From IMG/VR virus record IMGVR_UViG_3300017989_000146, positions 1 to 53,113 of that record: a stretch of 53,113 nucleotides of DNA; one strand, written 5' to 3'. Positions within the stretch are counted from its first letter, which is position 1, and every line of letters starts with the position of its first letter. The notes beneath the pieces were generated by a model, which saw nothing but the letters and a program-made list of their open reading frames with translations, made no database searches and was not told where the DNA came from. Shown here piece by piece: positions 36,850 through 44,979 of this stretch. Made by a program: the position numbers and the translations under genes. Origin of the DNA: a virus. Taxonomy: Duplodnaviria; Caudoviricetes.

Positions 36850-37133
36850 TGAAACGAGATCTCACATTACACGAGCGGGCAACCCTCGTCGGCCTATTTG
36901 ATCCGAAGGCTATTCGGGTCACGACGATCGCCGATATGAAAATTGTCGTTTCGATCGTCGAGAAGGTGTCACTGTCACCGGACGAAAAGATGACATTGAA
37001 ATCCGGGAAGGCCGGCACGAAAAAGAAAATTATCTTCACCGAACCCGAAGGGCGCCTTCTTGCGAGTGCGATGAAACAATTCGACATGGTGGTTGCCCTG
37101 CATGGGAAATTGGCGATGGAGAAAAAATCATGA
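36849..37133 (+). CDS. hypothetical protein (possible fibre chaperone)
   Basis: Small ORF coupled to the fibre gene. Confidence 0.55.
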   Translation: MKRDLTLHERATLVGLFDPKAIRVTTIADMKIVVSIVEKVSLSPDEKMTLKSGKAGTKKKIIFTEPEGRLLASAMKQFDMVVALHGKLAMEKKS

Positions 37134-38083
37134 GCATCCAGGTCGCCGTTGGTAGTGCGGTCCCCCTGACCCTGCAACTCCCTGACGGGGCAACGGACAA
37201 ATATGTCCAGGCCGTGGTGCGCGATCCGGCCGGCGACGAGCTCGACGATTCCCCCGTCAACCTCGCCCACGTCGGAGAGGGCCTCTACACGGACGACTCT
37301 GTGTCTATGACGTCTGACAACTTCGTCACCGTTACGTACCTGGTATATTCGGATGCCGGCTACACGACGCTTGACGACGACTACAGTCACGGATTCGATA
37401 TCGTGCAGAACCAGGCAGGCGGCGGTGGAGGCGGTGGTGATGTCATCATCCCGTCGATCCTGGTCCTTCGGAGCGATACGAATCTGTCGACGAACCGACT
37501 CATCATCAGGACGTATATTGGTGGTGTCCTGGCTGACGTCGACGGTGGAGTCTGGCTGCAGGACTCCGCCGATGTCTACGGGATCAAGGAAACCGTCTCC
37601 GGTGATTCTCTCGTCGCATCCGGGACTGCGTGTCCGAATACGGGGACTGGAACCTACGAGTACAACTTCGGCAACGAGGCCGGCTATGATCCTGAGCTGG
37701 CTTACACTTATGCAGTTCGAGTTCAGCATGATAGCCAGGACATCTACATCGATGATCAGTCGATCCCCGCGATCGTGAGTATCGGAGTCGATACCTGCGC
37801 TATCCGAATCGACACGACTATGCTGACGGGGATTCCTCGGAGCGGAGTCGAGGTCAAGGCCAACGTCTACACCCCGCCCGAGATTATCGATACCGGGTCT
37901 GGGAAAATCGGTGTCATGGTTGATGTGATCACAGACGAGACGGACGTCCTCGGAGTCGTGACGCTGAATCTGCTTCGCGGGGCTGAGGCCGTTATTTCAT
38001 GCGATGATCTGGATGGTGAGTGGCGAATCGAGGTCCCCGACCAGGACAGCGCGAATCTTTTCGACCTTGAGGAGATCACCTGA
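37130..38083 (+). CDS. acidic beta-rich putative virion protein
   Basis: Ig-like segments (GEGLY, GTGTYEY), poly-Gly linker, TD..G...L.L.RGA C-terminal module. Confidence 0.65.
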   Translation: MSIQVAVGSAVPLTLQLPDGATDKYVQAVVRDPAGDELDDSPVNLAHVGEGLYTDDSVSMTSDNFVTVTYLVYSDAGYTTLDDDYSHGFDIVQNQAGGGGGGGDVIIPSILVLRSDTNLSTNRLIIRTYIGGVLADVDGGVWLQDSADVYGIKETVSGDSLVASGTACPNTGTGTYEYNFGNEAGYDPELAYTYAVRVQHDSQDIYIDDQSIPAIVSIGVDTCAIRIDTTMLTGIPRSGVEVKANVYTPPEIIDTGSGKIGVMVDVITDETDVLGVVTLNLLRGAEAVISCDDLDGEWRIEVPDQDSANLFDLEEIT

Positions 38084-38087
38084 CGCC

Positions 38088-38489
38088 ATGGATGATGAAA
38101 CCATTTTTGATCAACTGAATCGAATACACGACCGAATTGACCAGATCCCCCGTGACCTGTCTGCGCAGTTCACCGACCGGATCGGCACTCAGGTTGCTCA
38201 TTGCGGCACCGTAATGGAGCGCCTCATCAAGAATGACGATGACAAGGAGCAGCGACTTAGGAAAGTCGAAGCAGTCTCCATGCACGTCGGTGCTGGTTCC
38301 AGTAAAATCCCAAATGGGAACAAGCGCCACGTCGTAATGGTCTTGCCTGAGAAAATACCGACGAAAGGAATCATCGCTGTTGTCCTGGCAGTAGGGATAG
38401 CAGCGTCGCTTCTCGTCCTTGCTTTTACTGCTCCCGACCAGGCCGGCGAAATCATTTCGAGCGGGATTCCTTCCCCTCCTGGAATGTGA
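38088..38489 (+). CDS. membrane protein, holin-like candidate
   Basis: GAGGAG RBS; coiled-coil N-part and one C-terminal TM helix; last late gene. Confidence 0.5.
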   Translation: MDDETIFDQLNRIHDRIDQIPRDLSAQFTDRIGTQVAHCGTVMERLIKNDDDKEQRLRKVEAVSMHVGAGSSKIPNGNKRHVVMVLPEKIPTKGIIAVVLAVGIAASLLVLAFTAPDQAGEIISSGIPSPPGM

Positions 38490-38611
38490 GAGGCCCGACC
38501 ATCACCAAGCATCCCTGATCGACCTCCCTGGCGCGACCCTGCGCTGATCCTCCGCCCCTCCGTGTTCCTGTCGCGCCCGATTCCTCTGGCCGGGCCTCTC
38601 ATCTTTATTTG
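38487..38611 (+). terminator. large structured end of the late operon
   Basis: TGAGAGGCCCGACCA (38487-38501) / TGGCCGGGCCTCTCA (38587-38601), inner GGCGCGAC/GTCGCGCC stem, then TCTTTATTT. Confidence 0.5.
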
Positions 38612-38660
38612 ATTCACGAATCGTGCCAGCACCGGCGCGAAGCCACCCCGAAAAAATATT

Positions 38661-38712
38661 AAAATTTATCAAAAAAAGCCTGGAAACCTCTTGACAAATT
38701 TTGATAAATTTT
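38661..38712. repeat. 14-bp inverted repeat / operator-like TTTTGATAAATTTT
   Basis: AAAATTTATCAAAA 38661-38674 is the reverse complement of 38699-38712; 10-bp periodic TTGACAAATT/TTGATAAATT/TTGATATAAT. Confidence 0.75.
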
Positions 38713-38720
38713 GATATAAT
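38691..38720 (+). promoter_or_regulatory. strong sigma70 early promoter
   Basis: TTGACA 38691-38696, 18-nt spacer, TG-a-TATAAT 38712-38720; AT-rich UP-like region upstream. Confidence 0.9.
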
Positions 38721-38767
38721 GTATCCAACAGATCAGGAGAGGTTAACCCAAAAGGAGGACGCGAAAG

Positions 38768-39145
38768 ATGAACAGGATCACAGAAAAAGAACGATAGGCT
38801 TTAAGAGCGACAATCGAAAGTGATTTCCACGACGGACGAGACGTCATCGACTATTGGGTCTGGGCCGACGACGTGGCGGACAATACGAGGATCGAGGCCG
38901 CGTCACGCGGCGGGGTCTTTACCAGCCTGCAGAAAAAGAAGTACGTCATCATCAGCGGTGAATGTATCTGCATCACTCAGGCAGGGTGGGACGCTTATCA
39001 CGGAATCTGGGACGTCTACCGCGACGACTTCGATCAGAAGATGCCTTGGCGAGTCAGAGGCCCGAGAGGGATTTTCCCCTTCTATTCTCAGACCGGCGCA
39101 GTCGAGTTCGCCCAGGCAAATATCGAACTCACCAAGGAGGGCTGA
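38768..39145 (+). pseudogene. first early gene interrupted by an in-frame TAG at codon 10
   Basis: AAGGAGG RBS; MNRITEKER*ALRATIESDF... continues in frame into the 38873-39145 ORF (GGVFTSLQKKKYV...ITQAG, winged-helix-like). Confidence 0.65.
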
Positions 39146-39147
39146 GG

Positions 39148-39381
39148 ATGAAGCGGGTTACGAAAAAGATGATAGCTGAGCGACTGGCCGAGCGATTCGC
39201 ACCGCGCGACTGGATCGAGGATATCGATATCGAAGATGCCTACAACATCCTGCGCGACGAAGCCGGCAACCCGACCGGCTATTATTCAGATGACCCGCGC
39301 GGTCATCACACCCCGGAATGGAGAGACTCGATCCGCCACCTGGCGGTTGAAGTCTACGCCGAGAGGAGGTCTCAGGGATGA
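39148..39381 (+). CDS. hypothetical early protein
   Basis: AAGGAGG RBS. Confidence 0.65.
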   Translation: MKRVTKKMIAERLAERFAPRDWIEDIDIEDAYNILRDEAGNPTGYYSDDPRGHHTPEWRDSIRHLAVEVYAERRSQG

Positions 39382-39623
39382 ATGAGCAAAGCGAAAGCAA
39401 CTACGAGCACGTAGCAGCGTGGTGCAGAGTCACACTGGCAGGGATGGGCGACTTCGTCCCTGCCCACATCGAAAAGCAGGTTGCAATCGCGAAGAGCGAT
39501 AGCGCCCCGGTCGATGCGACTTTTAAAGATGCGCAGGGCAGGTGGCACACCGTCCGTGAAATCGCCAGCGAGGAGCTTTTTACGAAGGTGGTCGAAGAGG
39601 CACAGCGACTCCGCGCACACTAA
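39378..39623 (+). CDS. hypothetical early protein
   Basis: AGGAGG RBS, ATGA overlap. Confidence 0.65.
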   Translation: MNEQSESNYEHVAAWCRVTLAGMGDFVPAHIEKQVAIAKSDSAPVDATFKDAQGRWHTVREIASEELFTKVVEEAQRLRAH

Positions 39624-39710
39624 TCGACTCCTGCCCGGGTCCGCGACGACCAGCTGTCGCGGGTCCGATCGGAAAGCCGATCAACTTAAAACAGGAGGAC
39701 GCGAACGATG
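39621..39710 (+). repeat. early-region hairpin + AGGAGGACGCGAA element, copy 1
   Basis: Interrupted hairpin starting at the stop codon, inner CGGGTCCGCGAC/GTCGCGGGTCCG, then GATCGG..TCAA and the RBS block. Confidence 0.65.
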
Positions 39711-40181
39711 ATAAAAATCAGGATCGAAACAGAAGACGGAACCGAGGTCGAAACCTTCACAGACGGCACCGAATTCAACGCAAGCGGCATTATCAGGAAC
39801 GACGCAGAGTCCATTCACGAATTCATCAGGGCAATCGTCACCTCTCTCGAATCAGCGCGCGAGATGGACGCGGTTGAAGGGAACGGCGGTTTCCCCACTC
39901 ACGAGATCCTCTTCCCCGACGTCACGATTCCCGAAGACCTCCCCGAAGGATTCGAAGACTCATCCAGCTACATGGAAAACTGCCCGACCTTCTATCATCG
40001 GGACCTCCGCGTCACCCTCTACATCGATCACGAAGAGCGCGACCGGCGAGTCTACGCCACGAGCCGATTCACTCTCGAAGGTACGATAATCGATCCGAAA
40101 GGCGACGTCGAAAAAGTCGATCTCGGGAGTACCGATACCGTCGACGATCTCAAGAAGCTGGTCTCGATTCTCAGGGATTGA
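39708..40181 (+). CDS. hypothetical acidic early protein
   Basis: AGGAGG RBS; GFEDSSSY.ENCPTF...L.IDH. Confidence 0.7.
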   Translation: MIKIRIETEDGTEVETFTDGTEFNASGIIRNDAESIHEFIRAIVTSLESAREMDAVEGNGGFPTHEILFPDVTIPEDLPEGFEDSSSYMENCPTFYHRDLRVTLYIDHEERDRRVYATSRFTLEGTIIDPKGDVEKVDLGSTDTVDDLKKLVSILRD

Positions 40182-40274
40182 ACACCGCCCAGACTTCCGA
40201 CCCTCAGGGGTCGGGGGTCGGATCGGTAGGTCAACCCCGACCGCCGAAAACCGAAAAGGAGGACGCGAACGATG
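40178..40274 (+). repeat. early-region hairpin + RBS element, copy 2
   Basis: TTGA..CCGCC..[stem CTCAGG]..GGTCGGATCGGTAGGTCAA..GACCGCCGAAA..AGGAGGACGCGAACGATG. Confidence 0.75.
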
Positions 40275-40373
40275 GAAGGCAGAACGACTCAGGATCTGGT
40301 GAGCATGATAGAGCAGGAGCGACGGGTGATCATGACAGAAGACGGCCCGAGGGTCATCGACGAAAGGCGATAA
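40272..40373 (+). CDS. small early peptide (33 aa, not in ORF track)
   Basis: AAGGAGG RBS; MEGRTTQDLVSMIEQERRVIMTEDGPRVIDERR. Confidence 0.55.
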   Translation: MEGRTTQDLVSMIEQERRVIMTEDGPRVIDERR

Positions 40374-40375
40374 CG

Positions 40376-40894
40376 ATGGAGATGATGCAAGAAATCATCC
40401 AGCGTGACCCGGAAGTCGCCGATCTTATCCGCTCCGAGCGCCTCAGAATAGCGAAGGTCATCTATTATTCAACCGGAGCGAATGTGCGAGAAGACCTGAT
40501 AGAGCCTCTGGCCGCGGCATATGAATCAGTCGGCTGGACTCACTACGCAGACGGGCTCAGGGATGGTTCTCTCGCACCGATCGTCATCTATGACAACGGG
40601 TCAGGCAGAACACAGTCGGTCAAAAACCTGTTCATCAAAACCAGGGAGGGGCAAGCCATGCTGAAAACGAAACTCAAGGCAGGGCAGACGGCGAAGATTT
40701 TCCAGAAACCGCTCACGGGCGAAGACTACGAGGGTGACGCGGTCCTCGTCGATAAAGTCCGCGACGGGCAGAAACTCGGATTCAACAACAACTGCGAAGT
40801 CTGGAACGTCAAATTCGGTAACGACGGACCCTATGAACGAGTGGTTATGCTGAGAGACGTGATCACGGAGAGAGGTGGCGCAGATGGCCGGTGA
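40376..40894 (+). CDS. hypothetical early protein, possibly two fused genes
   Basis: Internal GGGAGG + ATG at 40658; N-half resembles the next ORF. Confidence 0.6.
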   Translation: MEMMQEIIQRDPEVADLIRSERLRIAKVIYYSTGANVREDLIEPLAAAYESVGWTHYADGLRDGSLAPIVIYDNGSGRTQSVKNLFIKTREGQAMLKTKLKAGQTAKIFQKPLTGEDYEGDAVLVDKVRDGQKLGFNNNCEVWNVKFGNDGPYERVVMLRDVITERGGADGR

Positions 40895-41165
40895 ATACAG
40901 GACATCCGAGGCACTCGCACAGATCGACCAGGAAATCGCAGAGCAGATCAGGGCCGGCAAACTCAGAATCGCCAAGGCCGACCAGCCGATGACGGGGGTG
41001 CAGCGCCGCCCCGACCTCTCTGAAACACTCGCCGTCGAATACGAGCGCATCGGCATGACGAGCTATTCGAAGGGACTCCGCGACGGCACGAGTATCCCGA
41101 TCTTCATCACGACTGGCGGGGACGACCACTACTGGACCCCTGGCGAGTTGTTTTTCCGAAGCTGA
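40884..41165 (+). CDS. hypothetical early protein (paralogue of the 40376 N-half)
   Basis: GAGG RBS; LAVEYERIGMTSYSKGLRDGTSIPI vs LAAAYESVGWTHYADGLRDGSLAPI. Confidence 0.65.
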   Translation: MAGEYRTSEALAQIDQEIAEQIRAGKLRIAKADQPMTGVQRRPDLSETLAVEYERIGMTSYSKGLRDGTSIPIFITTGGDDHYWTPGELFFRS

Positions 41166-41176
41166 AAGGAGGCGAT

Positions 41177-41368
41177 ATGTTCCAGGCATGGTTTCTCGAA
41201 CAGCTGAACATCGGGGGATTCCCCATTGAAGGTGTGACAGAGCAGACGACCAAGATTCTCTTCGGGATGTTTTTCCACCCCTGGAAAATCGCCGCATATT
41301 GCGGCGCCGACCAGGATGTCACCAATATCAGGCCGTTCACGGTGAGCAGGATTTATCGGCAGGGTTGA
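41177..41368 (+). CDS. hypothetical early protein
   Basis: AAGGAGG RBS. Confidence 0.6.
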   Translation: MFQAWFLEQLNIGGFPIEGVTEQTTKILFGMFFHPWKIAAYCGADQDVTNIRPFTVSRIYRQG

Positions 41369-41453
41369 CCCCCGCCTCGGTCCCCGTCTCAGGACGGGGG
41401 TCGGATCGGTTGGTCAATTCAGACCGCCGAAACTAGATAGGAGGACGCAAATG
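41365..41453 (+). repeat. early-region hairpin + RBS element, copy 3
   Basis: TTGA..CCGCC..[stem CTCAGG]..GGTCGGATCGGTTGGTCAA..GACCGCCGAAA..AGGAGGACGCAAATG. Confidence 0.75.
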
Positions 41454-42551
41454 AAAACGGGAATGAATTTAACGGAACTGAGAGACGAGATTGCCAGGAT
41501 CGAGCGCGAGAAGGCCGACTACACCGCCCCGTCGCGACGGCTGTCGATGGAGCTGCACACCCCGGTCTTCGGTGAAGAGGGGGCCGAGAACGACTCCCCT
41601 CCGATACCGGTCATCGACATGGAGGGGGTCAGAACCTTCGGCATCAAGGATCACGCACACGCCCAGCTGGCAGACAAGCTCGGCATCCCGAAGCGCTATT
41701 ACGACAAGATGCGCGACGAGACCCCGGAGCTGCTCCGCACGAACGTCAACCACTGGTTTCAGACCGCCCCCGAGGATGAGGTCAGGCTGGTTCGCACTCT
41801 CGACGGCGACGTCCGCGCATTCCTCACGAACGCCTATCGGCCGATCGACAACATCGTCGTCGCGAAAGCCGCTGTCCCGGCCTTGGCCGACATGGAGGTG
41901 AGGGTCATGTCATGCCAGGTCACCGAACGCCGGCTCTACTTGCAGGCGGTCCTCCCGAAACTCGAGGGTGAGATCCGCGTCGGTGAGGTCGTCCAGGCTG
42001 GCGTCGTCATCTCGAATTCCGAGGTCGGGTGCGGGGCCTTCAACATCCAGACGATGATCTACACGCTGGCATGCACGAACGGTATGATCCGGTCGAGTCT
42101 CCTGAACAAGTATCACGTCGGTCGGCGCTTCGGTGATGCCGAGTCCGCCGGGATGATCACCTTCGCTGACGATACGAGGAAAGCCGAGAACGAGGCACTC
42201 ACTCTCCAGACTCGCGACCTGGTCCAGCAGGCGCTCAGCGAGGCCCACTTCCAGGGCGAGTTGAAGCAGCTTCAGGTCGCAGCCGGAATGGAGCTCCCCG
42301 CCGCGTCGAGCGTCCCGATCATCGAAGAGGTCACACGCCGGATCGACCTCTCGAAAGACGAGCAGAAAGACGTCCTCGGCCGCTTCATCGAGGCCGGCGA
42401 TTTCACCAAGCTCGGTATCGCGAACGCAGTCACCAATCTCGCCAACGACGTTGACTCCTATGACCGGGCCGTCGATCTCGAAGCCGCCGGCTCGAAGGTC
42501 ATCGACATCCCCGATGGTGAGTGGTCGAAGCTGATGAGGCTGGCCGCATAG
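41451..42551 (+). CDS. DUF932-family protein
   Basis: AH.QLA.KLGIP..YY..M, N.N.W, R.LDG..RAFL...Y..IDN, G..ISNSEVG.G, L.CTNGM, H.G, YDRA..LE..G. Confidence 0.85.
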   Translation: MKTGMNLTELRDEIARIEREKADYTAPSRRLSMELHTPVFGEEGAENDSPPIPVIDMEGVRTFGIKDHAHAQLADKLGIPKRYYDKMRDETPELLRTNVNHWFQTAPEDEVRLVRTLDGDVRAFLTNAYRPIDNIVVAKAAVPALADMEVRVMSCQVTERRLYLQAVLPKLEGEIRVGEVVQAGVVISNSEVGCGAFNIQTMIYTLACTNGMIRSSLLNKYHVGRRFGDAESAGMITFADDTRKAENEALTLQTRDLVQQALSEAHFQGELKQLQVAAGMELPAASSVPIIEEVTRRIDLSKDEQKDVLGRFIEAGDFTKLGIANAVTNLANDVDSYDRAVDLEAAGSKVIDIPDGEWSKLMRLAA

Positions 42552-42628
42552 GTAGTCGCCGCTTCCTCCGGTCCCCGGTCTACCCGGGGGCCGCGTGGAG
42601 GTTACGACCACAATGAAAGGAGACGAGG

Positions 42629-42895
42629 ATGCCATGGGATGACTACGACATAGCTGAACTGTTGGGGAAACCCCGGTCGAATGGGAAGGCACCTTCAGCC
42701 AGCTGGCGCCGACTGACCGTAAATCCCTCCGAAAATTCATGGAGGCCGTTTCGGAAAAAGCCGTGATGATCGTCGGCTATATCGACCAGTACGATCGAAG
42801 GCCATACCAGCGCCGTTAGTCGGGCGAACATGATCGGACGAATTATCTGGTGCGGGGTCTTCGGGTACAACGATTTCCACGACATCAGCTTCTGA
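42629..42895 (+). pseudogene. probable small gene disrupted by two offsetting frameshifts
   Basis: AAGGAG RBS; MPWDDYDIAELLG, then -1 frame ETPVEW...AVMIVGYIDQYD, then back to the first frame EGHTSAVSRAN...FGYNDFHDISF; fills the gap between flanking genes. Confidence 0.4.
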
Positions 42896-42904
42896 GGAGG
42901 GGAT

Positions 42905-43357
42905 ATGATGAGCAAGAAAACGCTCTACGACGATTATATCGTCACGCTGCATCTGGTCAGGGAGGGGAACCCTGAGAAGGCTCCGCAAATCATGTGCTCT
43001 AACGACGTCGCCAAGTTTCTTAAAAGCCGTCTCAGGGATGAATCGCGCGAGATATACATCGCGATTTATCTGAATCCTCAGCACAGGGTCGTTGGGGTCG
43101 ATGAAGTATCGAAGGGAAGTTCCGACGCCGCCATCATCCACCCCAGGGAAGTTTTCAAGGGGGCACTCCTTGCTAATGCAACCTGCGTCATCACAGCCCA
43201 CAATCATCCATCCGGGAATCCGACGCCGAGTCCAGATGATAGGATGATTCACGAGCGACTGAAAAAGGCCGGCGAGCTTCTCGGAGTGAAGCTGCTGGAC
43301 GAGCTGGTCATCGGAGACGGTGACCGATTTTATTCCTATGCCGATAATGGCGAATGA
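42905..43357 (+). CDS. radC: RadC-like JAB-domain protein
   Basis: RE....YLN, S.G.......HPREVFK.A, AHNHPSGNPTPS.DD, G..LGV.LLD..VIG. Confidence 0.93.
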   Translation: MMSKKTLYDDYIVTLHLVREGNPEKAPQIMCSNDVAKFLKSRLRDESREIYIAIYLNPQHRVVGVDEVSKGSSDAAIIHPREVFKGALLANATCVITAHNHPSGNPTPSPDDRMIHERLKKAGELLGVKLLDELVIGDGDRFYSYADNGE

Positions 43358-43370
43358 GAGGAGGCCTGAG

Positions 43371-43790
43371 ATGGGAACGTACGTAAGAGCGCATTTCGAG
43401 GTATTCATCGAAGGGTACGGATGGCAGCACTATTCCGAAGCCGGGATCGAGCAGAATTACGAGCTGTTCGAGAAACTCGGCCTTGATGACGGGCATTGTG
43501 AAAACCCGATCCATGACCCGATTGCCGCGGTCAAAGGATTCCCCGAAGACGCTCACATCATTACGCGACTCTGCTATGACGAGCACTCTGACTTCTACGC
43601 TTCGTGGTTCGATGCGGTCGAGATTCGGGAGCTGGTCGAGTGGCACTCCAGGCACCTGCGCCGAGACACGAGCGACTTGAATCTCAACCAGTACGGCTAC
43701 GCATTCGGCCATGCCTGGAAGGACTTCGTCAAGTACAAGGACACCTGGCCGGTCGACGACGTCCGGATGGTTTTCTGGTTCGACTGTTGA
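43371..43790 (+). CDS. hypothetical protein (R.VFWFD C-terminal motif)
   Basis: AGGAGG RBS; MG.Y....E, KGFP.D, SW, DVRMVFWFD. Confidence 0.7.
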   Translation: MGTYVRAHFEVFIEGYGWQHYSEAGIEQNYELFEKLGLDDGHCENPIHDPIAAVKGFPEDAHIITRLCYDEHSDFYASWFDAVEIRELVEWHSRHLRRDTSDLNLNQYGYAFGHAWKDFVKYKDTWPVDDVRMVFWFDC

Positions 43791-43796
43791 TATCAC

Positions 43797-43869
43797 GGTC
43801 GGGCGACCGCACCCCCGTCAGGGGTGGAAGAGTCGCGTCCTCCGGCGGTCGCCCGACCCTCTTTTTATA
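43797..43869 (+). terminator. intrinsic terminator-like hairpin
   Basis: Perfect 14-bp stem GGTCGGGCGACCGC/GCGGTCGCCCGACC followed by CTCTTTTTAT. Confidence 0.7.
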
Positions 43870-43879
43870 GGAGACTTTA

Positions 43880-44086
43880 ATGGCAAAGCCGAAATGGGAA
43901 TACATTGAAACCGAGGATGGGTCGGGTCTTAACCGGATGCGCGTCCCCGGCGGCTGGCTCGTGAAGGTGTGTGAATACGTCTATCAGGCGTCGCTCGTCA
44001 TGGCTGGCCAGGGTGAGCCGTTCGGGTATGACTGGCGCACCTCTATGACGTTTCTCCCCGACCCTGAGCACTCATGGGAGGTATGA
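43880..44086 (+). CDS. small phage protein (R..VPGGWLV...F.PDP.H.W)
   Basis: AGGAG RBS. Confidence 0.7.
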   Translation: MAKPKWEYIETEDGSGLNRMRVPGGWLVKVCEYVYQASLVMAGQGEPFGYDWRTSMTFLPDPEHSWEV

Positions 44087-44532
44087 CGATGACCGTTCAA
44101 GAATTCGAAGAGATGGCCAACATCCTGAGATTCAAATACAGGATGGCCAGCACCGGCAGCCCGTCGTGGAGGCGGGCCTTCATTCTCAGGAGTGACGGCG
44201 CGAGCGTGGGGAGGTTCAGTTTCAAGGATGGCCGAGTCGCCTTTATCAAGAATTACAAGCGGTCGCATTTCGAGGGGCTCGACGAGACGGACTTCATATT
44301 CCTGCGAATCCATCGATACATGAAAGACGGCGTGGCGATCTCGGCCGACTTGTATTCCGACCTGATCATCACCGCGAAGCACCACCGGCAGCAGGATCTC
44401 GAAGAGAAGGAAGCCTGGCGACGAGCACACCCGAAACGCAACCCCGATGGAACCGAGAAACGACGGAAGCGACTGCATGGCCGGAATCTTCGGCACGTTC
44501 TTGCCGAGCTGGTCATGGAGGCGAGGCCATGA
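44083..44532 (+). CDS. hypothetical basic protein
   Basis: GGGAGG RBS, ATGA coupling (start 44083 or 44089). Confidence 0.6.
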   Translation: MTMTVQEFEEMANILRFKYRMASTGSPSWRRAFILRSDGASVGRFSFKDGRVAFIKNYKRSHFEGLDETDFIFLRIHRYMKDGVAISADLYSDLIITAKHHRQQDLEEKEAWRRAHPKRNPDGTEKRRKRLHGRNLRHVLAELVMEARP

Positions 44533-44891
44533 GAATACGAATCCGAGACAATGCCGGCGCTCATTATTTCAGCCGGTGCCACGTTCCACCACTATTAGGT
44601 CTTCAATATAGCCCGGAGTACCGAGCCATGCTGGACGCAGTCGCCGGCAAATGGATTGACGTCGAAACCGATCACCTATTCAAAGACCAGTTCAACACAC
44701 CGCCGATCCCAGGCGTCACCGAGAACGGGCTGAGGGTCATGCTATCTGAGGTGGCCGAGATCAAGGACGATATCCGAGAGGGCGTCGTGAAGTTCTCATG
44801 GTGTTTCGGATATGATCACAACCATGACGGACATTGTGATACATGCGGACGATCAGATTATTTGGAGCCGCTGAGAGCGTGCAAACCGTAG
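44529..44891 (+). CDS. hypothetical protein with C-terminal Cys/His cluster
   Basis: GGAGG RBS; GKW.DVET..LF.DQFNT, C......HC..C. Confidence 0.65.
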   Translation: MRIRIRDNAGAHYFSRCHVPPLLGLQYSPEYRAMLDAVAGKWIDVETDHLFKDQFNTPPIPGVTENGLRVMLSEVAEIKDDIREGVVKFSWCFGYDHNHDGHCDTCGRSDYLEPLRACKP

Positions 44892-44979
44892 GTGCTACCA
44901 GTCGGGCCGATGTCGGAACGACCGGTACACGCCGGCTCTTGAGGCCGGATTTTTGGAAACCCGAACGTAGGAGACGGAC

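Noticed and set aside
38795-38797. Genome-wide TAG-to-Gln recoding
   Set aside because: Core genes are uninterrupted in the standard code and several genes end credibly at TAG
39621-41453. Early-region repeats as a CRISPR array or true integron attC sites
   Set aside because: Copies are separated by whole genes, lack the attC core consensus, and no tyrosine recombinase is present
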